Assembly: GCA_964247055.1 (NCBI GenBank)
Contig: OZ176057.1
Coordinates: forward strand, 2,356,001 to 2,420,000
Length of the DNA stretch: 64,000 nucleotides
Reading direction: 5' to 3'
Source: Paragordius varius
Taxonomy: Eukaryota; Animalia; Nematomorpha
In this document: positions 53,601-64,000 of the stretch, piece by piece
How positions within the stretch are numbered: position 1 is the stretch's first letter
Layout: every line of letters starts with the position of its first letter
The notes under the pieces: generated by a model
The model's database searches: none
What the model saw: the letters and a program-made list of their open reading frames with translations, nothing else
Told to the model about the DNA's origin: nothing
Made by a program: the position numbers and the translations under genes

Positions 53601-53681
53601 GCTAACAGAAATAATGATAATATCAATAATTTAGATATTGATTTGATTGGAGAAGGGTTTAATAATACTAGAAGACGATAG
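33245..53681 (+). CDS. TCF25: TCF25/Rqc1/NULP1 ribosome quality control factor, about 895 aa. Exons: 33245-33567, 33595-33731, 34517-34689, 35742-35841, 37384-37480, 38422-38514, 39527-39629, 40946-41230, 41900-42126, 43805-44125, 44686-44896, 51012-51464, 53517-53681
   Basis: MSNRAYKKL, PDPNWPNMTKLGLSM, FEHNAKY, QPYHVDTLLQLS, ALHAMEQSFHPKF, TALENAKLLL, DPLAIILFIDYLALK, YPNILYSV, PLSYYRHF and SFFTTLIP all match recalled TCF25 motifs in the correct order, with consistent intron phases. Confidence 0.9.
35921..36543. repeat. Family B derivative: three tandem ~197-bp left arms followed by one inverted right arm
   Basis: TATGCATTTTAATGGT...GCAACACA...GTATGGAAAAAA occurs at ~35921, 36114 and 36314; the reverse complement occurs at ~36470-36543. 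Confidence 0.8.
38620..39140 (+). repeat. Tandem duplication, about 188-bp unit, about 2.7 copies
   Basis: AAATGGTTGATTACGTGTTATGCTG and AATTAAGCTGAAATAAAGCAAAATA recur at about 188-bp spacing. Confidence 0.8.
42897..43082. mobile_element. MITE family B (TA-flanked, Tc1/mariner-like CAGT end); partial copy at ~41281-41456
   Basis: TA|CAGTATGCATTTTAATGGTTGCTTAT ... ATAAGCAACCATTAAAATGCTTACTG|TA, with long imperfect inverted arms. Confidence 0.85.
43500..43786. mobile_element. MITE family E (TIR CAGTAAAAATTAAAATTATACGGACAAAACG); degenerate copies at ~24660-24905, 34741-35030, 36825-37100, 39650-39930, 42447-42705
   Basis: Inverted ends around an AT-rich core; TA at the left flank. Confidence 0.75.
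45950..46186. mobile_element. MITE family D (TA-flanked, TIR CAGTCATGTATCC); other copies at 7999-8211 and partially at ~25890-26050
   Basis: TA|CAGTCATGTATCCTTTATTTT ... GGATACATGACTG|TA; inner inverted GAGCTCT/TAAATGGGTA motifs are shared between copies. Confidence 0.85.
46689..50599. mobile_element. 3.9-kb foldback (giant inverted repeat) element with TA flanks, inside TCF25 intron 44897-51011
   Basis: 46689 to ~48575 is the reverse complement of ~48710 to 50599, with few differences. Ends are TA|CAGTATGCATTTTAATG ... CATTAAAATGCATACTG|TA. No transposase ORF. Confidence 0.9.
47160..47920 (+). repeat. Tandem array of about 116-bp units (about 6-7, degrading) within the foldback arm, mirrored at ~49370-50120
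   Basis: CAGGTAAAAATTGCGGTTTTTAA recurs at 47170, 47286 and 47403, with degenerate copies further on. Confidence 0.8.
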
Positions 53682-56597
53682 ACACTAATATAAAGAATAA
53701 ATTACTTAAAACTAAATTTGATTATAAAACCTATCAGTCTTTTTGCGGAATAGAAATGTAAATTGTTTTGAGTAATTTTATGGTATTCAATCATAATCAT
53801 AGCTTTTTAAAAAAATAAAATATCTTAAAATATGGTTTACATATGAATTTTACCCTTTGATCATTATTAATTTATATATAATCTGGACAATAAAATAAAA
53901 ATGCTTACATTATATTATTAAATTATTGTTATTGTTTTTATATAATTCTAAATACTTCCTCAGCAGGGGTGCTTTTTTCATTCATATTAAAAAATTAAAA
54001 ATTGGATTTCAAAAATTTTCGATTATTTAGAAGATATATCATCCAAAATTGGGCACAATATAAATAAAAAATAACCAAAAAGTATCAAAGCAGCCACGTA
54101 TGGACACCCCTGATATTATATAATATAATTTGCAATTGTTTTTAACTATAAATATAATTATATTGTGAGGGTACATATTTTAGGCATCAAAAAGTGTTTT
54201 TATAATATTTTAAAATGGTTTCATACCTTTTCCATTATGCTTCCTGCCATAAAACATACGCTTTAAGATTTTTTATAATAATTTTGTCAATTTTATCATC
54301 ATTTTTTTGTTCATTTTATAATAGACTATTTTAATTGGATTAAAAAAATTGACTTTTGTTCACAATTAATTTTAACGTTTAAAACAGATATGTTTTTTAA
54401 TACACTTCATTGCGTTTTAGGAGTTTTTCGAATTTTGGCAAATTTAAAAACATTGACATAATAAATATGTTTAAAAAATGTATTTGTAAATTATGCATAT
54501 TTTAAATTTTAAGCCTGGTTTAAAATGAATATAGGTGCTAAATGAAAATAATTATCTTAAAATGTCGTTAATTATATTTTAAAAGTTTTTAATAATATGA
54601 AACAACTGTTTTGTAGGTATTATTTAATGTATAAATTTTAGACTCTGACAGAAGTACTTGAACCGCGACCCATACTCCTCATGCGGCCCTAAAAGTTTTC
54701 CATATTATATAAAAATTCTTTTGATTTAATTATTTAGAGTAATTACGACTGCATAAAAGTCAAACAGCTATGAAATATTTATCAGTAATGCATGATAAAC
54801 GCTGTTGCTATAACATTTTTTGCGGTCCTTTGAATATACTAGTACTCTAAAACTCAGAAAATTATATAAAATTTTTTTATCTAATTAGACTAAAATTTTG
54901 ACTTTTCCAAGTGCCAGTCTTTTACTACAATATTATTAAAATACATAAATAGCATATCTGAAAAAAATGGTCCAACACCTAAGAAGTTTTTTATAGGCTT
55001 TAAATTATTTGCCCCGATTAACATTAAACTCGAAATTTTCAAAATTAAAAATTTTAGATTTAGAGCCATGTATTTTATGCCATTTGAAGGAGGACAAAAA
55101 TCCGAATCTTTATGTTAAGTAGTAATTTAAATCAAACTGATGTAAAAGTTAATTGTAAATAAATCAAGAAATTTTACCGACAAACTAATTTCAAAATCAT
55201 TTTTATTATATTATAATTATTACGGTTATATTAGTATTAATTTTAAAAAAATCTCTGAAAGAACTTTTGGTTAGTTTTTGTAATAAAAATTTTTTTTATC
55301 AAAATTATTTTACCTGTTGGATATTAATATGCATTGTTTACCTGTAAGTTTATTACATAATAGCCATAAAAGAGAAAGAATACCATAAACCTTTGAAATT
55401 ACGACCCATCTAGAGAAATCATTTATATTAATATGATGGTAATTTTTTTTAAAAAAAACAAAAAAATAAAGATATTAAAGATGACAGTATTGAATGACAT
55501 AAAAGCAAAAAATAAGTTTATAATCAAAAAACTTTGTTGTGTTATCTTTTTGGACATTCATTGCCATCTACACAAAGTTTGTGCTATTTTCATCCATTAG
55601 TTTTAATATTATATTAATTAAGGAAAACGCTCTCGCTTCACGCGTTTGTCGCCTATGTTTAATATTAACAATCGATGTAAAACATTAATTTTATACAGTT
55701 TTTATTACTTTTTCGAATGATATATCAATGGCATTGTTGTATATTTTTAAATATTTATTTAGTAAAATTTTGATAAGGGCGCTTAATCATAAGAAATCAA
55801 ATTATACGAAATTCTTTGATGGAATTATAATTTTGATTTCATATTTACTGTTAAAATGAGAGTACAGAAAATAAAAAATAGATTGACAGATAAATTTGTT
55901 GTCTAGTTTTTTTTGAAAATTATAAGTCAAGCCTTCCATAGTGTATTAGCGTATTTTAGTTTTAAAATTTACCCCATAATCTTTTCTTGAATACCTCATA
56001 TAAAATTTTAAATCAAAATAAACGTTCACCACTCAACACTTTGTATCAAATTTCCAAACCAAATCAAAAACTTTTCATCATAAATCAACGCTTTTGTAAT
56101 CAATCTCAATATTTCTCCGATTAAACCAAATACTCATATTAAAAGCTATTATTATACTTTATAATATTTTTTATAGGATTTAGCAATTAACATCATTAAA
56201 ATTTGTTTTCAAAGGCGTTTTATATATTTCTATATTTTCAAATAATTATATATAAATCATCGAGCTACTGCCAAAAAAATTTTGTATAATGTTTGTTAAA
56301 TTTGGAATTGGTCGATATGGAATTTTATAAACATATATCTTAAATCACTCCTAAGGCTTAAAAGAAAGAACACTCGATAAAAAAATATTATCAATATTTT
56401 AAGACCTCTCTATTTTTCGATCTAATTAAAGAATAACATCACCGTTCAGCTTGCAATGAAAATTCCGGAAAACGTTTTGGAAAATCGGAATAACTTAATC
56501 TTCAAAGAATAATATTTTTTATGCAAAAAGTTGGATTTGACTTAAGAACAAACCAAAATTTATAATTTTCTCCGGTTTTGGCAAAACTTAAACTAAG

Positions 56598-56981
56598 CAG
56601 TGGCGTATACCGAGCATTTGCGGCGCCCGGTGCATATGACTTTTATGGCGCCCTTCCCCCCCTTTTTTTAAAAAAGCCAATAAAATAATTTAGAAAAAAA
56701 TACAAACGTTGTAACCTAAACACCATAGATAAGACAGCACAGTCATATAAATTTTAAATCTATTAAATATATATATTTATATGATACTAAATTTATTCAA
56801 TGATACTAATTAGGTGAATAATAGAGTATATATTATAGGGATTATTACCTAAATTGCTGAAAAATCTCATTTGAAAGTTCTTAGTGAATAATTAAAGTTT
56901 AATTAAAAATCATTTAGGCGCCCCTAAATAACGGCGCCCGGGGCATGATGCATCCCCTTGCCCCCCCATCGTACGCCCCTG
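56598..56981. mobile_element. hAT-type MITE
   Basis: TIR CAGTGGCGTA / TACGCCCCTG; 8-bp TSD AAACTAAG / AAACTAGG; GGCGCCC subterminal motifs. Confidence 0.85.
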
Positions 56982-57718
56982 AAACTAGGTTACACAGATT
57001 TTCCATGTGCTAAATATTTAACTGAGTAATAAAACCAAAATATATCTAGTAAAATTCACCATCAAACATGAAATTAGCCTAGCGCGTTGTTGAGATAAAT
57101 TCCCTTCTTTAAAATCCTATGTTCACACAATAATAAAACTTAAACCGCATAAAATAGATGGCTAATAAAGGTCCCTGCCACAACATAAAGTTTTTTAATT
57201 AAATTAAATTCTTAGTATGTCAGTAATGCTCTTAATTATAAATTGTAAGACAATATAAAAAAATAAAAAACTAAAGAATTCATTGCATGTTTTTTTATAC
57301 GATACCCAAATATCTTAACTAATTGCCTCGCTGTGACTTAGTCGGAAACGATAAAAGCCTAAACATTTTCCAATAATTTTTAAAACGCCTATTTTTAATC
57401 ATAATTTAATTTAAAGTTTTTTTTATTAAAAGGTAATTCATGATATCTGTTAAAAATGTAAGAATTAATCATTAAAAAGGCAGCTTTAATTTTTTGGCTA
57501 AAAATATAATATTAACAAAACTTGTATAAATTAAATTTTAGGGACCCTATATGCTATTAACGTTTAACGGTCAAAATTTTTCCAGTTAATTAAAAATAAG
57601 TGTTGGCGGTTGAAAGTTTTGAGTTTGATTAATTGATTTTGCATAAAAAAGTATATATTTATTTTGATAAGTCTGTTTCTATAATCTTAAATTACCAATA
57701 TTTAAACTAATATTTAAG

Positions 57719-57840
57719 CAGAGGCATAGCTAATGGGGTAGAAAGAAGAAATTATTATTTTAATACATAAAAAAGCACCCATTTATGAGTTCGGTTTAAA
57801 TTTGATTATATTTTTGCCAGAAATGCGAGCTACGCCTCTG
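57719..57840. mobile_element. 122-bp hAT-type MITE
   Basis: TIR CAGAGGCATAGCT / AGCTACGCCTCTG; TSD TATTTAAG / TATTAAAG. Confidence 0.8.
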
Positions 57841-58131
57841 TATTAAAGATAATTAAAAATTAAATACAACAAAAATATTTTAAAGTAATTAATTTTAATT
57901 AAATCAGGTCCACATGCAGTTTTCTAAATTTTTTTTCCTGTTCGCGATAAATTTTATAAAAAAGATTTTATTTTCCAAGCAAACTTCGTGGAAAAGGTAG
58001 GGTAAAAAACTTGAAAGAAAACCAAAACATTCTGATTCTAGAAAAAAATTTAAACAAATACCTTCATATATTAATTTTTCATTTTAAGATAAATTTTGCA
58101 GTAGTTTTGTACCTCGGAGCTATATACAATC

Positions 58132-58258
58132 CAGGTATCCAGAAAATGGTGTGGCAGGCATGGTTCCAACCGCCACTGTCCGCACAGGACGACTCTTACC
58201 GCCTTCCTGCGCTTTTACACGCTTCAGGGCAGGGGGGCGCCACTTCATTGCTGGATGT
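58132..58258. other. Isolated GC-rich, self-complementary island of unknown nature (possible structured ncRNA)
   Basis: 58/90 bases are G+C across 58151-58240, against about 20% background. The ends can pair (ATCCAG..AATGGTGTGGC with GCCACTTCATT.CTGGAT), and there are internal hairpins. Confidence 0.35.
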
Positions 58259-58567
58259 TTCTAAGGGTATTAGAATACAAAATTGGAATGGACAACATTC
58301 AATTAAATGAATAGCTGAAATCAAATCAAATGCTGGTAAAATTAAAGCTTTTTAAAATTTAATATTAAGATTACGAACAATTCAATTTGAGGTAACTGAT
58401 GCCCCAAAACCATATAGGATATTAATATTTTATTAAACAGACGATCCCAATTTAATTTATGCGTCTATCCTAACACATTGCTTACAAAAATAACCCGTTG
58501 AAATATATAAATTCTGATAGAAAAGATATCATGTTGCTTTGTTTTGGCCCTTAGTCATTTAAGAAAG

Positions 58568-58720
58568 TGTTACATACAAATATATACTTTGTTTGTATAT
58601 TATAATTTTCTGTGTTACATGCAAATTTGAAATATATATACTTTGTTTGTATATCATAATTTTCTGTGTTACATGCGAATTTGAAATACATACTTTGGTT
58701 GTATATCATAATTTTCTGCG
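58568..58720 (+). repeat. Minisatellite, about 54-bp unit, about 2.7 copies
   Basis: TGTTACATRCRAAT...ATACTTTGTTTGTATATCATAATTTTCTG is repeated. Confidence 0.8.
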
Positions 58721-60240
58721 TTATTTGAATTGTATTATTTTTATATTTTTTGGGTACTATGTAAATATTATATCCTTTGTTACTTGAAATTTTATTGTTA
58801 TAATGCAAATTATGTACAACTAAAATTAGTATATATAAACCATAAAAAAACCGAATAAAATCATTTCACGTTAAGTGCTCCATATCAGAGAATGGCAAAA
58901 TTTGCGAATTTTTAAAATAAATTTTTTGGGTGAAAGCTAAATGGTTCATTCCAAAAAAAATTATCCAAAATATAAACCATTTACAGTTCAAAATCACCCC
59001 CGAACAATTTAATTTCACCCTATAAATAAATTATGTGTTTTCAAACTAATATAACTCATTATTAGTATGAGATATATCTTTATGGCAGAGTTTATAATTT
59101 TTTTAATATTATTTTACTTTTTTAAAATATAATATGCGTAATTCTTAACCTTAAACACATAGAATTTATATGAGGGTGAAATTGATTTGTTCGAGGGTGA
59201 ATTTAAATGGTTCAAGGGTGAATTTGAATTCAAGGGTCAATTTGAATTTTAAATGGTATATTATAAATACCTAAGTAAGCAAAACAATATTCTAAAATTA
59301 TAATTTTTGGATGTGGCTCCAAATGTCTCGCTCTTCTAAAATAGGCTTGTTCTCTTAATCGAATGTAATGTTGATAACAATAATAATAATATGTTATATA
59401 ACATCTTCTCAGTATATTTACAAATGGAATCCTAACAAAATGAGTAAATGGAGAGTGTTTATGGGGGAATGGTTTCATCAACCTAAAAATTATTAACGGG
59501 GTTAATATTTAGAAAAAATCTATATAAATAAGATACTACCAGAGAGTTTAAGAAACTTCAATAAATGCATATTGTATTAATTGTATATCTTTTTGTGCCT
59601 TATTTCATAAATTTTGGCTATTAAAATAATTTGCGTAAAAATTGGGTGGCGAAAAAATGTTACATTCATGAGCAAAAGACTTGATTTAAATGTTTTTTTA
59701 TCATCGATCTTCAAATGTACACTTGCTGGCTTAAGTATTGCTTAACTTGCCAAGATTGGGTTACAAGTCAAGTGCGACCATTTTATCACCCCACCTATTG
59801 TTTGGCTAATTTAAAGGCTGTAAAATTTTTAGTTGATAATTTTTATTGAACATTTATAGTAAAAGTAATTTTTATATGTCCCGAAAGTTTTAAAAATTTC
59901 TATTCTAATTTGGCACACCTCGTTATTAGGTACAAAACTACCCCAAAAGCCAATAAACTGTTAACACTTCCAATATCTTTTGGGTTTATATCTTAGAGGG
60001 AATCTATATTAGAATATCTTTAAAAGTAGTTAAGGTATTCAGCCGAATTAAAAAATGCTTTCTCATTCTTTTAGGCCATGCACAATTTTTTTTTCAAAAA
60101 TGTTCAAATTAATAAAAATATCATCCCAAACTTTTACCCCACTATTTTCTAAAATTTCTTTATAATCTGTTATATTTCTAAAAAATGCAATGTTCGTTAA
60201 TAAAACATATATAACTTTAAAAACTATATTTTATTTACAG

Positions 60241-63054
60241 AATTGAGCTCTTGGATATAAAACTACCTAAGACACAAATGTATACACGAAAAAAAGTCAA
60301 CTATTATGGCATATAATAAATTAAAAATGTGAAGCAGTGATCTAAAGTTAAGGTAGTTAAATTATTTTGTTTGGAAAAAAAATTTAATATCTTATGAATA
60401 AATTAGGACTAGCATAAAAAGGCTTATAATGTGCTCGTTATTTGTCAAAAACATATGAATAACCACCCATCCCGTTCAAACAAAATTAAAGCGACTGCAA
60501 AATTAGAACGCATTCTTGAACACATTCAAGTATTTGACATATCTTTTAATTTTAGACATTACATAATAATGTGACCAGTTTACAATCACAAATTAATACA
60601 TTAACTCCTCAAGCCAATCCTAATGGTAACAGACCCCCCAAAAGTATTAAAGTTGATTATGTTTCAATTAGATTTGATTGAAAAAGAAACAACAGATACT
60701 CTTAAAAAGTTGTACAAAATGGGTATTAGTGAATGTTGTGATGAAATTAGGTTTGTATTTTGATTTGGTGAATCTTAATTGTTAAAATTTTTTTTATAAA
60801 AATGAATTTCATTTATAATAGGTTTATTAAGAAAGCCATGCATATATGTCAAAGGTTGGATTCTTCATGCTGTCCTTCAAACAAAAACGGTAATGCTTAT
60901 ATATTTTAAATTAATATTTTTTCATAGATTAAAGAATTAAATAGAGATATCTATACTAAGGCATGCGCTTTTTTATTTTATCACATCTACGGTTTATATT
61001 TTAATAATTTTTATATCCTTAGAAAATAAACAGCTAATTTATGAAAATTAAGAATACCTGATATATATATTACTAACATTTTTTATTTGCCAGTTTTGGG
61101 AAATGAATATTTGACGGCAAAAAAGTTGAGACAAAGTTTTTAATTTTCAAGAAGATTTAAAACGTTCCAAGCAGGGCTTGAAACCGGTGCAGAAAAAGTG
61201 GAACCGGAACCGGGGTGGTTCCTGAACAGATAGAACCGGAACCGCGTTCCGGAAGCGGTTCTTTATATTTAGAACCGGTTCCATTTTCGGTTCCTGACTT
61301 TTGATCAAATGATTTTACAAAATTATTATAATAATGATCCAACCAAAATATTAACAATTATAAAAACAATTACAAATTGCCAAATGTATAGTGAAAGTAT
61401 AATAGTTTAGCATAATAAATAAAACAAATTATTAAAACATAATAGGAAAATATATAAGTACAAAGGTATTTAATGAGTGTTAAATTAAGTATGGCATCTA
61501 AAAAAATCTTTTTAAACTTTAAAAATCTTGCACCAAGCAATTTGCTGTTTAAACTGCTTCTCAGGTCTGAAAATTAATTAAGGGTGAAAAAACTTCTTTC
61601 AACGGAGATTAATATATATTAACATGTGTATTATGAATAAACTTGAGTTATGACTATTATTTTTTTAAAAAACAGCCGAATCGCCCAAAATTCAGAGAGT
61701 ATCGCTTATATAATATTATGCGCTTAGTTTTAGGTTTGAAGTATTTGATATGTAGTGGCACAATCAAATTTGAATAATAAAAATAAAATTTTATAATAAA
61801 AAATCATATGGGAACCAGTGATGAAGGGGATGGAACCCGAACCGGGTTGGTTCCATCCCAATGGAACCGGTTCTTGTTAAGCTCTGGTTAAAAGCCAAAA
61901 AATGGTTTATATTTCCAATTATTTAAATTTATATGAAATCGATCGAATTTATTATACATACACACACCAAAATGTAAAATTATTTATTTTATTGCAAAAT
62001 GTGTTATCTATAAATTTATTATAGAGACGAGCCCAATATATGAATCTCAAAATAATCTATCATTATTCGATTCCTTCATGGATTCAACAATCAATGACAG
62101 CAAAAATGAAACAACTTTAATAAATGAAACAAGTAGTAGTATTGAGAACAAAAACAATAAAGACCAATCCCAAACAACACCAGTTTCAAAAATGATGGTG
62201 GATAATAAAGATGGAACCTTGAAATTTAATGCATCTAACCAAGGTTAATATTTTGGGTATTTTGCGTTTTTTAAAAAAAAGGATAAATTTTTCATATATT
62301 TCACGTTTTATTCTTTTATATTCGATTTATAATTTATTTATGGCACTTGCAAAAAAGTTTTGGCAAAATAACTTTTATTAAAAAAGTATACGAGAAAAAA
62401 ATTTAATTTATTGTGAATATATTTTTTGTTTGAAATATTATCATAATTGAATGGTAAAATACCATTAAATTTAATTTAAATTATCCTGTTTTGATATCTA
62501 AAAGAATTTTGGTTTTTTTGAAAAAAAAATAATATCTATATCAGAACGTAACATAATAAATATATATAATTATAGCTCTTCTGAGTGGATTTTTCTTTAA
62601 TATTTATCCATTAAAATTATTTTTAAAATAACTTAATAATTATATTTTTTGATATATATATACCATTTACAGTTCAAATTCACCCTTAAACAATTCAAAT
62701 TCACCCTCGAACAATTCAAATTCACCCTTGAACAATTCAAATTCACCCTCGAACAATTCAAATTCACCCTAAAAATAAATTATGTGTTTTCGAACTAATA
62801 TAACTCATTATTAATATAAAATATATCTTTATGGCATAATTAATTATTTTTTTCAGTATTATTTTAATTTAAAACAAAATTTTATTTTTTAAAAATATAT
62901 TAAAATATAGGTAATTTTTAATCTTAAAAAACATGTTATTTATTTGAGGGTGAATTTGAATTGTTCGAGGGTGAATCTGAATTGTTCAAGGGTGAATTTG
63001 AATTGTTTAAGGGTGAATTTGAATTGTTTAAGGGTGAATTTGAACTGTAAATGG

Positions 63055-63086
<32 letters not shown>

Positions 63087-63458
63087 TGTATATATCGTAT
63101 TTCTCTATTACCATTTTGTTTGTTAACTTTCAAACTTTATTAATTTTTTTAATGACCCTTATATTGGGTAAGAGAGTTACATATATATAAAAAATAAATA
63201 ATCCAATTTTTATTAACACATTTTTTTAATTTATTCACCATAATTTTCATGTTATTTGTCTATAATTTTTTTATTTCTTTTGTTTGATAAAATCGCAGGT
63301 CAATCCACCAGTTCAGTTATTAGGAGAGGTGAACTTATGGCTGAATTAGATAAGTTGGCTAATGAAATACCGTTATGGGAAAATGCCCTGGTTGATGTGC
63401 ACGTGACCCGAGAGCACGTGACCCCACATTCAAAGTATGTTTTTGAAATGTATATATG
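60241..63458 (+). CDS. Partial multi-exon gene, weakly SNX25-like (coiled-coil linker leading into a possible PX domain). Exons: (60241-60295), 60413-60529, 60556-60625, 60672-60750, 60822-60889, 62025-62243, 63299-63434/63458; 5' and 3' ends unresolved
   Basis: Six phase-consistent GT-AG exons give an open frame. DLIEKETTD and EIPLWENALVDVHVTREHVTPHSKYVFE resemble the recalled SNX25 LIEKERTD and ENLGMWKASITSGEVTEE. No acceptor was found for the next exon, so the family call is weak. Confidence 0.5.
61172..61886 (-). mobile_element. Internally deleted, decayed hAT transposon carrying a transposase C-terminal dimerisation-domain remnant (~61514-61611)
   Basis: Ends CAGGGCTT / AAGCTCTG; TSD-like GTTCCAAG / GTTAAAAG; GAACCG subterminal repeats at both ends. 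The minus strand reads ISVERSFFTLN*FSDLRSSLNSKLLGARFLK, like the hAT SxxERxFS...R..L motif but with an in-frame stop. Confidence 0.75.
62661..63056. mobile_element. MITE family A, the most complete copy: TIR TACCATTTACAGTTCAAATTCACCC plus subterminal 21-bp tandem repeats
   Basis: Five units of AACAATTCAAATTCACCCTYG on the left (counting the terminal unit) and five inverted units on the right; TA/(TA)n flanks; non-coding core. Confidence 0.9.
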
Positions 63459-64000
63459 GTGAACATGATTAAATTCTTTGTCTATTGTGTTGCTGATGAG
63501 AATACTGGGCCTGATATTGCTATTTGAGTAACGTTCTATTTTATTGAAAACCATCAAATCGGCTCATTTGTTGTATAAAAGCTGTTAAGTTACATATTTT
63601 TTATTCTTATCGAAGTAAGAAATATATGCAAGTGTGAAAAAACTGGCAGAAATTCATATTTAATAACTATCAATGATTTTTATAAAGATGTAAAAGAGAT
63701 TCTGAAAATTAGCTTAAACGGCCTTGTTAATGAAAAACGCATATATATATATTAATAATTTTTATGAGCCTTTTTAAAAAATATATAATGTTTTTTCAAT
63801 AATATATATATATATATATAATCGTTCTAATAAAGGGTAACGGGTCGCATTTTCAGCTTATATAAGTGGTAAGCCATCTACAGAAAATATATAAACACAT
63901 GGGAATCAATAGATTTTTATTGGATTATTTTACAAATACAATGCATACATATAAAATATTTTTTTAAATTTGAAAAGCGTTGCTAAGCTAACCTTTTGTG

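Noticed and set aside
58153-58200. About 20 of 24 nt similar to the 5' end of the HDV genomic ribozyme (GGCAGGCATGGTTCCAACC)
   Set aside because: The P1 3' strand does not follow P3 and there is no P2 3' complement (GGAACCA) downstream, so the double pseudoknot cannot form.
62661-63056. 21-bp direct repeats resembling a CRISPR array
   Set aside because: The repeats abut with no spacers, are inverted at the other end, lie in eukaryotic introns, and have no cas genes nearby; they are MITE subterminal repeats.

Overview
This is eukaryotic (animal-like) genomic DNA, very AT-rich (about 20-25% GC by eye), with spliceosomal GT-AG introns and strongly diverged proteins. The source organism cannot be determined; a parasitic invertebrate such as a myxozoan or mesozoan is only a guess. 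Manual exon stitching with frame and phase checks gives eight gene models: an IRSp53/BAIAP2-like I-BAR+SH3 gene (+, first exon not found); SRP68 (-) head-to-head with ELP4 (+) across 66 bp; a small secreted Cys-rich peptide gene that is absent from the ORF track; an unknown two-exon gene convergent with a stand-alone Sld2/RECQL4-N-terminus-like gene (-); TCF25/Rqc1 (+, 20.4 kb), head-to-head with the Sld2-like gene across 80 bp; and a partial multi-exon gene weakly resembling SNX25. Intron sizes are bimodal: several are only 22-27 nt, while most long ones carry MITEs. At least six MITE families are present (TA-flanked and hAT-type with 8-bp TSDs), plus a decayed hAT transposon. A 3.9-kb near-perfect foldback element lies inside a TCF25 intron, and an unexplained ~130-bp GC-rich, self-complementary island lies near 58.2 kb. 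All family assignments come from remembered motifs; no database search was run.
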